Counted from the first letter of the stretch, positions 1 to 8,046 are shown. The stretch is 64,000 nucleotides of DNA from an uncultured Gammaproteobacteria bacterium (GCA_965230935.1 OZ246400.1:4090-68089), one strand, 5' to 3'. Translations and numbers: made by a program. Notes: generated by a model from the sequence alone, not told the origin.

Positions 1-75
1 ATGAACCAAGAGCATGATATTCTCAAGATGTTGATCGATGCGCCCGAACGAACAGTAGATGATTGGATTGAATAA
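1..75 (+). CDS. 3' end of an upstream hypothetical protein (partial, runs off the window start)
   Basis: Open frame from base 1 to TAA at 73-75, followed by a rho-independent terminator. No family recognised. Confidence 0.3.
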   Translation: MNQEHDILKMLIDAPERTVDDWIE

Positions 76-85
76 ACTTAGGGGT

Positions 86-110
86 AAAAACCCGCTTCGG
101 CGGGTTTTTT
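86..110 (+). terminator. rho-independent terminator
   Basis: A-tract, then stem CCCGC / loop TTCG / stem GCGGG, then TTTTTT (aaaaacccgcttcggcgggtttttt). Confidence 0.8.
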
Positions 111-111
111 G

Positions 112-140
112 ATTGACAAAAAACGGTTTATGTGGTAGTA
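112..140 (+). promoter_or_regulatory. sigma70-like promoter (TTGACA-17-TAGTAT) for the helicase gene
   Basis: TTGACA at 112-117, a 17-nt spacer, then TAGTAT. It sits immediately after the terminator and before the helicase start. Confidence 0.5.
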
Positions 141-152
141 TTAGTTTCTTCT

Positions 153-1463
153 ATGAGAGAAAAAGAATCACAAACAGGTACATTTGCAGGTCTTGGCATC
201 GCAAAAAATTTTTTGGAGTGTTTACACAAAAAAGGATTTACAACACCAACCCCAATCCAGCATCAGATTATCCCAGGAGCAGTACAGGGGAAAGATGTTA
301 TTGGTATTGCACAAACAGGAACCGGAAAAACACTTGCATTTGGTATCCCTATGATCCAACGTCTTGGTACCTTAAAAGGGCAAGGGCTTGTTTTGGTTCC
401 AACACGTGAGCTTGCTTTGCAAGTGGATGAAGCATTACGCCACGTGGGAGCGTCACTTGGATTACGCACTGCTGTTATCATCGGGGGTACGTCACAGCAT
501 CCACAAGTTAAGGCATTACAAAAGAATCCGCATGTGGTTATTGCAACACCAGGAAGACTTGCAGATCTTATGCAGCAAAAGAAATACACACTTGATCGTG
601 TTTCCATTGTGACGCTAGACGAAGCAGATAGAATGTTGGATGTTGGTTTTTTGCCGCAGATTACAAAAATTCTTCAAGCGGCACCAAAACAAAGACAGAT
701 CATGTTGTTTTCGGCAACCATGCCAAAGTCCATCTCACAACTTGCTACCAAATTCATGACCATTCCACTTCGTATCGAGGTGGCACCACAAGGGACGTCA
801 GCTGAGAATGTAGAACAAGAAATTTTTGTAGTACGAAAGCCAGAAAAGATACGACTTCTTGATTCTATTCTTACAGAATATCGCACAGAGACTATTCTTA
901 TCTTTTCCCGGACAAAACATGGTGCGAAAAAAATGGCTCGTCAAATTAGGGCCATGGGGCATACGGCAACAGAAATTCATGGGAATAGATCTCAGGCGCA
1001 ACGAAGGAATGCCCTGGAAGGGTTTACCCAGAAGAAGTATCGAATTTTGGTAGCAACTGATATCGCAGCACGTGGTATTGATGTATCACATATTTCACTC
1101 GTTATTAATTACGACCTTCCAGACAACTCAGAAGATTACGTGCATCGAATCGGAAGAACGGGACGAGCAGGAAAATATGGCAAAGCAATTTCATTTGTTA
1201 CTCCTTCACAAAAAGCAGATGTGCGAAAAATTGAACAGTTGATTAGAAAAGCACTTCCGATACTCAGGCTGCCAGAATTGCCACCGCAAAGGGAGCGTCC
1301 ACCAAAAGAACTTCAACATAACAAGTCTCATACCCAAAAAAGAGCTGGAGCGCGTTTTCAGGGAAGCAAGACAAAAAGAAAAAAGAAGAAAAGTGGAGGA
1401 GGGTATACTAAACGAAAAGGTGGAAGTTTAAAATTAAATAGATCGAAGAGGAAACGGAGATAG
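153..1463 (+). CDS. DEAD-box ATP-dependent RNA helicase
   Basis: Q-motif region TPTPIQ, Walker A AQTGTGKT, DEAD box (LDEADRML), SAT, HRIGRTGRAG, and a Lys/Arg-rich C-terminal tail. The frame is open from GTG 132; I chose ATG 153 because the predicted -10 overlaps 132. Confidence 0.9.
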   Translation: MREKESQTGTFAGLGIAKNFLECLHKKGFTTPTPIQHQIIPGAVQGKDVIGIAQTGTGKTLAFGIPMIQRLGTLKGQGLVLVPTRELALQVDEALRHVGASLGLRTAVIIGGTSQHPQVKALQKNPHVVIATPGRLADLMQQKKYTLDRVSIVTLDEADRMLDVGFLPQITKILQAAPKQRQIMLFSATMPKSISQLATKFMTIPLRIEVAPQGTSAENVEQEIFVVRKPEKIRLLDSILTEYRTETILIFSRTKHGAKKMARQIRAMGHTATEIHGNRSQAQRRNALEGFTQKKYRILVATDIAARGIDVSHISLVINYDLPDNSEDYVHRIGRTGRAGKYGKAISFVTPSQKADVRKIEQLIRKALPILRLPELPPQRERPPKELQHNKSHTQKRAGARFQGSKTKRKKKKSGGGYTKRKGGSLKLNRSKRKRR

Positions 1464-1465
1464 AT

Positions 1466-1975
1466 TTATTTACTCAGCACCTTACATTCTCTTGTTTTTT
1501 CTGCAATGAGAATGGTAAAAGATTCGCCAACTCGCTTGCCGAGTAATGCGCTGCCAATCGGTGAAAGGTGCGAGATGGTGTTTTTACCTGGATCAGTTTC
1601 GCTTGGGCCAAGAATGGTGTACGTTTTTTTCTGTCCGTCAAGTGCAATGGTTACCGTGTCCCCAAGAGCAATCTCCTGTGTGTTTTGTTTTTGTATAATG
1701 ATGGCTCTTTTGAGATGATCTTCAATATGAAGGATTCTTCTATTGATGCCTCGTAACTTGCCTTTAGCAAGTTGATACTCTGCGTTTTCTGAAAAATCCC
1801 CCAGTTCTGCCAGTCGTTGTACTTCACGAGCGGCATGTGGGTGTTTTTTCTTCAGGCGATGTAGTTCATTTTCCAACTCTTTCTTTTTGCGTTGGGTAAT
1901 ATGTGGATCTGGCTTGAGATTGGTAAACTTACCGGGTTTTCGATAGGGTACTCGCATATGAAAAGATAGTAGCAT
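1466..1975 (-). CDS. greA: transcription elongation factor GreA
   Basis: N-terminal coiled coil plus the conserved AELGDFSENAEY motif and a C-terminal FKBP-like domain. AGGAAT Shine-Dalgarno lies 5 nt upstream of the ATG at 1975. Confidence 0.85.
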   Translation of the reverse strand: MLLSFHMRVPYRKPGKFTNLKPDPHITQRKKKELENELHRLKKKHPHAAREVQRLAELGDFSENAEYQLAKGKLRGINRRILHIEDHLKRAIIIQKQNTQEIALGDTVTIALDGQKKTYTILGPSETDPGKNTISHLSPIGSALLGKRVGESFTILIAEKTRECKVLSK

Positions 1976-2058
1976 GTATTCCTACTGATAAAAACCCAAT
2001 GAGCTTTTGCTAGGAAGATAAAAGTATTACCTGAAACAAGAGAGGAGCCTGAATAAGA

Positions 2059-2604
2059 TTATAAATCATGTGCGTCAATACCATCACTTATCAAGCGTTG
2101 TATTTTGCGGACGTAGTCGATATGTTTAATATTTGATTGGACATCTTCTGTTCGAGGGTTCCAAACAGATTTCATTCCCACGATTTTTGAAACCGTGGTA
2201 GTGTCATTGATAAGCATTACCGTTTGTAAATCCACTGAGGTGCTATCATTTTCTATCGGCCGTCTTTCGTTGATTGATCGATTCAGTTTTTGAGTGAGAA
2301 TTGTTTGTTTGATTTGTTCAAGCTCGGCATCGTCGAGCGTAAACGATAAGGATTTCTCAGTATCAAAATCTTCATCCGGATGATAGCCACCATAATGCCA
2401 GGTGTATGTTCCTTGATTATCTGCGATGGTAAGAGTTTCAACTTCCCAGTGTGCGTCCATGCTGTGTTCTTGCTCTTCAAAAGCGATTGAAAGATAAAAA
2501 TCATGGCCAGTGGGTATTTCAACTGGAATTTTGGGCGTGCGAGTGAGAGCGATTGCCAGAAGGGCTAATGCAGTCGCCACGACAAGTAAAAGAGATTTTT
2601 TCAT
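2059..2604 (-). CDS. hypothetical secreted protein/lipoprotein (signal peptide)
   Basis: N-terminus MKKSLLLVVATALALLAIAL is a typical signal peptide. No family recognised. Confidence 0.6.
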   Translation of the reverse strand: MKKSLLLVVATALALLAIALTRTPKIPVEIPTGHDFYLSIAFEEQEHSMDAHWEVETLTIADNQGTYTWHYGGYHPDEDFDTEKSLSFTLDDAELEQIKQTILTQKLNRSINERRPIENDSTSVDLQTVMLINDTTTVSKIVGMKSVWNPRTEDVQSNIKHIDYVRKIQRLISDGIDAHDL

Positions 2605-2670
2605 AGCTTTGGGCTAATTGTAGCATATCTAGACAAACGTGAGAGAATCCTATATATTTGGTGCAGTCTT

Positions 2671-2752
2671 GGGTCGGTACCGAAGCGGTCAAACGGGGCT
2701 GACTGTAAATCAGCTGGCTACGCCTTCGGGGGTTCGAATCCCTCCCGGCCCA
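2671..2752 (+). tRNA. tRNA-Tyr (anticodon GTA)
   Basis: 7-bp acceptor stem GGGTCGG/CCGGCCC, anticodon loop CTGTAAA (GUA), long variable arm, T-loop GGTTCGAATCC, discriminator A. No CCA is encoded. Confidence 0.85.
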
Positions 2753-3127
2753 CAGTATGATTTTGTATGATCTTTCATCAGCAAAAATGGCTACTCATTA
2801 AGTGGCTATTTTTGTTTTCAAATAAAAAACAGCACCCCAGCGTTGCGCCAGAGTGCGTGAAGGAAAAGGGTTAGACGGGCTCGAACGCGACGCAAGCTCC
2901 TACACAAGTATCGCGAACGGCCCACCACGACGGAGGTTCCAATGGAATTACATCATGGTGAACTTCGCCCGCCTTACCCAGCTCCGCAGTGTTCACCGCG
3001 GAACTTGTATCTGAAGTGCCCAAGGGCAAGGGAGTAGTGATCCCCCGCCCCCAGGCCGGTTGTGGTGTTCACCGCGTGATGCGAGGACCCTGGCAGGTCA
3101 CTCAAATCACGCAAGAAGGAGTACGAA

Positions 3128-3400
3128 ATGCACTCGTCCCCCTGCCCGCGTTGCGGATTCTTCCACCCCCGAGACCCAAGGAGTTCACCAAGGGTCAATT
3201 GTTTTGATCAATTGCGCGGGCGGCGAAGGGGATCCGACCCCCCTTCAACCACCCACGACTTCGGCTGCAGACAGATCCTGAGACCACGCCGTCAGACCGG
3301 CATGACCTCGCAATCGAGACAAGGAAACACGCTAATGAGAACTTGCCCCTTCTGCTGTAACTGTCTTCGTCCGCGTGTAAACAAGTATACAAAATACTGA
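3128..3400 (+). CDS. small Cys-rich basic ORF inside the GC-rich island (possible zinc ribbon: CPRC...CPFCC)
   Basis: AAGGAG Shine-Dalgarno 7 nt upstream of ATG 3128, and the stop overlaps a perfect hairpin. The Arg-rich composition could instead be a wrong-frame artefact of GC-rich DNA. Confidence 0.25.
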   Translation: MHSSPCPRCGFFHPRDPRSSPRVNCFDQLRGRRRGSDPPSTTHDFGCRQILRPRRQTGMTSQSRQGNTLMRTCPFCCNCLRPRVNKYTKY

Positions 3401-3425
3401 ACACCTGTCAAGTACAGGTGTTCAG
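3397..3425 (+). terminator. perfect 11-bp-stem hairpin (CTGAACACCTG-tcaagta-CAGGTGTTCAG)
   Basis: Perfect inverted repeat read directly from the sequence. No strong U-tract follows, so it could equally be an operator or RNA hairpin. Confidence 0.4.
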
Positions 3426-3574
3426 TCAAGATCGACGATAGATATTCCAGAGAATCCGAATGTATTGGCTCACTTGACTCATCTCCCACTCATTCAGTTC
3501 GGAAAACGGGAAGTTCGGCCCACCAATGCAAAAAGGCGCCTAATTTAGCAGCCTTTTTCATTCTTCTAAAGCAT

Positions 3575-3607
3575 TGACATTGTTCACTTTTTGTGGTGAA
3601 ATAGAAT
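3575..3607 (+). promoter_or_regulatory. sigma70-like promoter (TTGACATTGT ... TGAAAT/TAGAAT) inside an AT-rich pocket of the GC island
   Basis: TTGACA at 3575-3580, TGAAAT at 17-nt spacing, followed by TAGAAT. It shares the 11-mer ATTGACATTGT and TAGAAT with the tRNA-Thr promoter at 5809-5837. Confidence 0.45.
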
Positions 3608-3685
3608 TTGCCCTCTTGATTCGAGTAGGGTCTGCCAAACAATCCATTTGTTTTGAAGACCTTCTTCGTATCGTCCGGAGAGGCG

Positions 3686-3828
3686 CGCTCGGCGTGAAAA
3701 TACAGACCACAACAACGGTGTTGTAACATGTCGCTCGGTGACATGGTTTGTCAGAATTTCCCCAGACGAATAGTGCTCGGCACTAGGGGTGCTACGTGCA
3801 TAGCAATGTGCTGTTTCACTCGGTGAGA
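3686..3828 (+). repeat. four direct repeats of (C)GCTCGG(C/T)(G/A) at ~42-46-nt periodicity in the leader upstream of the 3861 ORF
   Basis: GCTCGG at 3687, 3733 and 3775, and ACTCGG at 3818. Four copies of a 6-mer in ~140 nt at a regular period are unlikely by chance. Confidence 0.4.
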
Positions 3829-3860
3829 CAAGTGGTGATTCTTTAGAAGACGGAGGAACC

Positions 3861-4724
3861 GTGGACGATCAAGTCTATAAACGGTATCTCGAGCTCGCGA
3901 AACTTCTTAGGAGATGCGGGCTCTTCAGTGTTTACCTGGCTATCATGATGGCAGCCAGGTCGCGCAAGCAGTTCGACACCATGATGGCGGAGCTGCCTGA
4001 CCACGCACGACTGATGCGCGAGGATCAGGTGGTGCTCTGGAAGGCTCTCAGCGCTGTCTGGGGGAAGGGTATTCCGACGGCAGATCACCTGAACTTGGCG
4101 GGGCGTGAGCTCCTGTTCAAGCCGGTGTTCGACGATCCGAAGGCCACTCTCGTCTGGTACTACAAGTTCGTGTTGTGTAAGGACCGTGAGCCTGCGAGCC
4201 TTTCCGCCTATGGGATTGGCCGACAGGACGAGCGACGCCTCATTCATGGTATCGAGGAGCGTTCGGGACGTGGGGCGCAGCACTTCTCGGTTCAGTGTGC
4301 TGGTCAGCTCTTCAGCGTCGGCTGCAACCTATTCGATGATGTCATGCTGGTGGAGTTCGAGCTTTCTGTCAAGAACCTCACCGAGCAGATGACACAGGCC
4401 ATCCGCAGCTGTAAGTCGCTGATGCGTCTGAACACGCGTCGTGGCTCAAGCGTTGATGACAAGGTGACCTTCGTCGTCGAGCTCAGCAACGTGGATGACC
4501 TGGCCGCCGTGGTCACCCAAGTCGAAACGGGGTGTGGACCTCTCGACCTGCTCGATCCTGACGACTTCACATTCGAGCGCCTGCTCACGGCGCGTCTTCG
4601 TGATCTGGAGCTGCCGCTCGAGTCGTCGGTCGGTCGAGTCGTCGACCACAACCCTGCGCTGAAGCATCACTTCCCCAAACATCCTGAGGGGCAGTGGAGC
4701 ATCCAGTTCCCGGCCATGGACTAA
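3861..4724 (+). CDS. hypothetical protein (GC-rich island cargo)
   Basis: GTG start with GGAGGA Shine-Dalgarno at 3852-3857, a 287-codon open frame, and a terminator hairpin after the stop. No family recognised. Confidence 0.6.
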   Translation: MDDQVYKRYLELAKLLRRCGLFSVYLAIMMAARSRKQFDTMMAELPDHARLMREDQVVLWKALSAVWGKGIPTADHLNLAGRELLFKPVFDDPKATLVWYYKFVLCKDREPASLSAYGIGRQDERRLIHGIEERSGRGAQHFSVQCAGQLFSVGCNLFDDVMLVEFELSVKNLTEQMTQAIRSCKSLMRLNTRRGSSVDDKVTFVVELSNVDDLAAVVTQVETGCGPLDLLDPDDFTFERLLTARLRDLELPLESSVGRVVDHNPALKHHFPKHPEGQWSIQFPAMD

Positions 4725-4764
4725 CCTCCATCGTGGTCTAAACTCACAAAACAAACACAACCAG

Positions 4765-4800
4765 AACGCAACCCTACGGGTTGTCGTTTTGTTTAGTTTT
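4765..4800 (+). terminator. rho-independent terminator
   Basis: Stem (ACG)CAACCC / GGGTTG(CGT) followed by a T-rich tract tcgttttgtttagtttt. Confidence 0.5.
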
Positions 4801-4957
4801 GATTTGTTACTGATTCATCCGGCTTGTAAATCTTCCCAAAATCAAAACACACCATCGTTGGTGTGTCTTGTTGGTTTGCCTAAACTTCCGTCATCTCCTG
4901 CGACGGCAATGCCTAGGGCTTGCTCGGATGACCGAGTGCGCCGCCACGCGCTCCCGA

Positions 4958-5570
4958 TCAGTCCTTGATGCGGACCACGCCGTCCGTGCCGACCTCCAGG
5001 GTCTGCTCGACGATGGCCGCCGCCACCGAGGCGTTGAGGCTGGTCCACAGCGTGTTGGTCGCGACGGCCTTCGCCAGCTCCCGGTCGCGCGCGAGGTCCG
5101 TCAGCTCGCAGCGCGCCGAGGTGAAGCCGTCCTGAGCCGCCGCGAGCCGAGCCAGGTTGGCCGGATCGCAGAACGGGTCCGCCAGGTCGTCCACCAGGAC
5201 CACGATGGCGTCGTCCACGTGCTCCTCGATCTCGGTCGCGTTGCCCTTGGTGCACTTGCCGACCACCGGCGTGGCGTCCTCGACGTTGCTCGGACCACCG
5301 GCGGGGTTGCTGTGGTTGCCGCCGACCAGCTCGACCTCGGTGAACTCCACACACAGGATGAACGAGTTGGGGTGCTGCGCCGTGAGCTCGGAGATGAGCT
5401 CGTCGGTGCAGTCGCCCTCCTCCTCGTACGTCAGCGTGCTGCTCCCGTCCTTGGCTTGGACCTCGATCTCGGCGACGGTCGTGGTCTGCGCGAGGGCGGT
5501 GGCGGGGACGGCGAAGGTGGCGGCGATGGCGGCGATGCAAAGAACGAACTCGATACCATAGTGACGCATG
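4958..5570 (-). CDS. hypothetical secreted protein (GC-rich island cargo)
   Basis: Internal ATG at 5570 gives MRHYGIEFVLCIAAIAATFAVPATALAQ, a clear signal peptide, with GGAG just upstream. It lies in the longest frame, 4958-5710. Several acidic, Cys-containing segments follow. Confidence 0.55.
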
Positions 5571-5808
5571 GATCTTCTCCCTTTCGATGATGCGCGTTCG
5601 ATGTGGGGTGTGAAGGATTCCTTCCCTCCTACTGCATCTCGCTTCCCACTTGGCGAGATGAGGTCCCTAACTCCCTCCTCGGAAGATTGAAACAGTAGAC
5701 TATAGCACATTTGGACGGTTTTGTCAAGGGTGTCAAAGTAACAATTTAGCTAAAATAAGGTTAATTTGATAAAATAGGCCAATTTCCCCCCGGATAAATT
5801 AGGCTAAA

Positions 5809-5837
5809 TTGACATTGTGGTAATTTGAAGGTAGAAT
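5809..5837 (+). promoter_or_regulatory. sigma70 promoter for tRNA-Thr (TTGACA-17-TAGAAT) with upstream A/T-rich repeated motifs
   Basis: Consensus -35 TTGACA, a 17-nt spacer and TAGAAT. Repeated AAAATA(A)GG..AATTT motifs at 5745-5806 resemble a UP element. Two hairpins in the leader precede the tRNA. Confidence 0.6.
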
Positions 5838-5938
5838 ATAGGGGCAAAAGTTGTCTTGCCGCCAACCTTAGCAACTTCGTCGCTAAGGTTGCTCGTTCGG
5901 AAAAGCATGAACGCAAGCGTTCAGCTTTTCACTCACTC

Positions 5939-6012
5939 GCCACCTTAGCTCATCTGGCTAGAGCGACGGTTTTGTAAACCGTAGGTACCGGGTTCGAGTC
6001 CCGGAGGTGGCT
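5939..6012 (+). tRNA. tRNA-Thr (anticodon TGT)
   Basis: Acceptor GCCACCT/AGGTGGC, anticodon stem ACGGT/ACCGT with loop TTTGTAA (UGU), T-arm CCGGGTTCGAGTCCCGG. Confidence 0.9.
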
Positions 6013-6101
6013 CACTTTCGAGGATGTACAGGCCGTGTTTATGGTGGTACATCTCACGGAATCCATTGCGGTCTACACTGAGGTTGATAACGAATCAACC
6101 T

Positions 6102-7844
6102 ATGGAAATCGACAGACTCCTGATGGAGTTCGCCGGGGACCGCGTGGCCTTGCGCGGCTACTCGCCCCACACAATGCGGCGCCAAGTGCAGGCGGCGCGA
6201 CAGTTCTTCACGGTCACCGGCATCGGCGCCCTATCAGAGGTGAGCTACGACGTGGACGCCCGCCAGAGCCAACAGCTACGCGATGAAACTGACTTGACCG
6301 CTGAGCAGGTTCAGCCGAGCAGTTCGCCGAACTGGTGGCAGTTTCTCACGCTCCCGAAGGGGCGCGTACGTCAGTACTGGACGCGTGCAGCCCGCGAGGT
6401 GGTTAGGGAGGTTGAGGCTTCAGAGTCCCCACTGGTCTTCATCACCTTCCATGCGAAATATCAAAGCGATGTGTACCGATGGCGGTTCTCACCATGTAAT
6501 CCGGTGCTGCTGCAAACGATAGGCATCAGAGCCTTCTTTACCCTCATCGATGATGTCTACCAGATGCACAAGCGGCGTCCCGGAGACATTCAGAGCGAAC
6601 GTCAGATGTGCTTCAAGTACGAAGATCCGGCGGAGCGCGCGCTCGCCCTGGTGAGAGAGACTAAGGCTTCCCTCGTCGAGCTGATCAGGTGGCGGCAAGA
6701 GGAGATTGCGACGACGGAGATGCTTGCGGCTGTGTCCGGTTGTTCTGCGCAGCTCGTGTCGATCCGACATCCGCTGGCCACGATGCACAAGCTGTTGGAA
6801 TCACCCGAGTCGGCATTTTACTTCTCACATCCGATTACTGGAGTTCGCGCCGACCCGAACTTTCCGGACGTGGTTGGTCTGAAGGAGATCGAGGATATCT
6901 CAAGCGAGCTCCGCGGTCGCTTCACACTGATTGAACCAACTACTATTGACGAGTACAGGATTGAGCAGCTGGGGCAGGGCACCCCCGCACCGCGTCTGAT
7001 TCCTCGACTGTCATGCCGATGGCCGTTCCCGGCTGGTGAGGACGAGATGCTTGGCGGCTCCGACGGCTTTCCCACGTTCGGTAAGCAAGAACTGCTCTGT
7101 CCGCGCGAGAACGTCGTCGCGCTAGAGTTGGAGGAATTCTTCGCGGATTTGCTGGCCGGAACCGCCCCGGAGGAGCCCACACATCTGGTTTCGGAGTCGA
7201 TCGGTGGCTTGGTTGATCTGCTAAAAGAAGACATCACCTGGCGGGATCACACGCTTGTAGACCAATGCGGACGCCTCGTGGTGTTCCGCCCGGCGTACCG
7301 CGGGATTCCGTCGACCGGAGTTCGCAGAGAGATTGAGTACTATCGGAAGCTAGCTCTTAGCGGTCCACAAGACAAACACTTCTGCGTATTGCTTCACCCG
7401 CCGGACGACGATGACGCCTTGGCCCAGTACATAGCGTTGAAACTTGTTTCTTCGTGGGCCGAGGACTCGGGCGTGGGCCCGCACATTCGACCACGTCTTG
7501 ATGTCGGGGCCGAAAATCAACTCATTCGAGACCTGACGGTCGCGCTCGGCAGCGACGCCGATGAGGAGACCACGGCCCGAGCATGTGCGGATGCGCTTTC
7601 CCCACGGATTGAACCGGAAGTCAGCGGACCGTCCCCAATGACGAGTGGTCGTCGTGTCGGAGCGCGAACAAGGAACAAAGAGGTCTTGCAGGCGGCCGCA
7701 GCCCGCGCGCTGTCGACGATACAAGATCACCGCTACTTTCGCTCTGGCGGCCTGATGCCAGGACGCGCGGCCGCCACTGACGATGCACGGCCACCACAAC
7801 CCTGCTGTTTTCTGAGTAATACGCCGTTTGGTGCAGTCGTTTAA
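6102..7844 (+). CDS. large hypothetical protein; the N-terminus resembles the core-binding (SAM-like) domain of tyrosine recombinases
   Basis: LMEFAGDRVALRGYSPHTMRRQVQAARQFF follows the XerC/XerD N-domain pattern (..RGLS.NT..AYRRDL..F). No canonical R-K-H-R-H-Y catalytic domain was recognised. Only weak RH...Y resemblance at RHPLATMHKLLESPESAFYFSH. The frame is open from 6024. Confidence 0.5.
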   Translation: MEIDRLLMEFAGDRVALRGYSPHTMRRQVQAARQFFTVTGIGALSEVSYDVDARQSQQLRDETDLTAEQVQPSSSPNWWQFLTLPKGRVRQYWTRAAREVVREVEASESPLVFITFHAKYQSDVYRWRFSPCNPVLLQTIGIRAFFTLIDDVYQMHKRRPGDIQSERQMCFKYEDPAERALALVRETKASLVELIRWRQEEIATTEMLAAVSGCSAQLVSIRHPLATMHKLLESPESAFYFSHPITGVRADPNFPDVVGLKEIEDISSELRGRFTLIEPTTIDEYRIEQLGQGTPAPRLIPRLSCRWPFPAGEDEMLGGSDGFPTFGKQELLCPRENVVALELEEFFADLLAGTAPEEPTHLVSESIGGLVDLLKEDITWRDHTLVDQCGRLVVFRPAYRGIPSTGVRREIEYYRKLALSGPQDKHFCVLLHPPDDDDALAQYIALKLVSSWAEDSGVGPHIRPRLDVGAENQLIRDLTVALGSDADEETTARACADALSPRIEPEVSGPSPMTSGRRVGARTRNKEVLQAAAARALSTIQDHRYFRSGGLMPGRAAATDDARPPQPCCFLSNTPFGAVV

Positions 7845-8046
7845 TTGCGCTTCGCAACGGTAGTCGGCCGACTCCTCACTGAGAAGAGGCGTTCGCATTT
7901 GCGAACACTGGACCGAACTGGCACCTGCAGCCGCCCGGGCTAGACAGATCCGCATGAGAAATGTTACTGTTGATCCGTCCCGCATGGCCCCGACCGGTTG
8001 AGAGTTGTTGCGGCGCTAAATTTAGCTAATCCAATAGAACAACCCC

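Noticed and set aside
2830-3430. Possibility that the ORF-poor GC-rich stretch after tRNA-Tyr is a structured RNA gene (RNase P RNA, tmRNA or SRP RNA)
   Set aside because: Only a weak resemblance to the RNase P P4 region was seen (GGAAAAGGGTTAGACGGGCTCG versus GGAAAGUCCGGGCUC). I found no CR-II/CR-V counterparts, no tRNA-like tmRNA ends and no SRP domain IV motif.
3490-3744. 84-aa minus-strand ORF in the AT-rich pocket of the island
   Set aside because: It overlaps the predicted promoter and leader on the opposite strand, and has no Shine-Dalgarno and no recognisable fold. Judged non-coding.
4842-5590. Long overlapping ORFs on both strands (4842..5540 minus, 4868..5590 plus, 5101..5352 minus, 5157..5561 plus) rich in Arg/Pro/Gly
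   Set aside because: These are typical spurious frames of GC-rich DNA. The frame with a signal peptide and GGAG Shine-Dalgarno (4958..5570 minus) explains the region.
2753-5710. Direct repeat of the tRNA-Tyr 3' end at the distal boundary of the first GC island (by analogy with the tRNA-Thr element)
   Set aside because: Searched by eye. Only a weak partial resemblance (AACTCCCTCC near 5676) was found, not enough to call an att site.
7350-7985. 211-aa minus-strand ORF inside and downstream of the element ORF
   Set aside because: It overlaps the 3' end of the much longer plus-strand ORF, has Arg-rich low-complexity composition and no Shine-Dalgarno. Likely a GC-rich artefact.
2830-8046. GC-rich segments as metagenomic assembly chimeras or contamination
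   Set aside because: Cannot be excluded without reads. The inserts fall precisely in intergenic positions, have clean terminator- or promoter-adjacent boundaries, and one is flanked by a tRNA half-site duplication with compensatory changes. All of this is hard to produce by misassembly. Kept as findings with read-level checks recommended.
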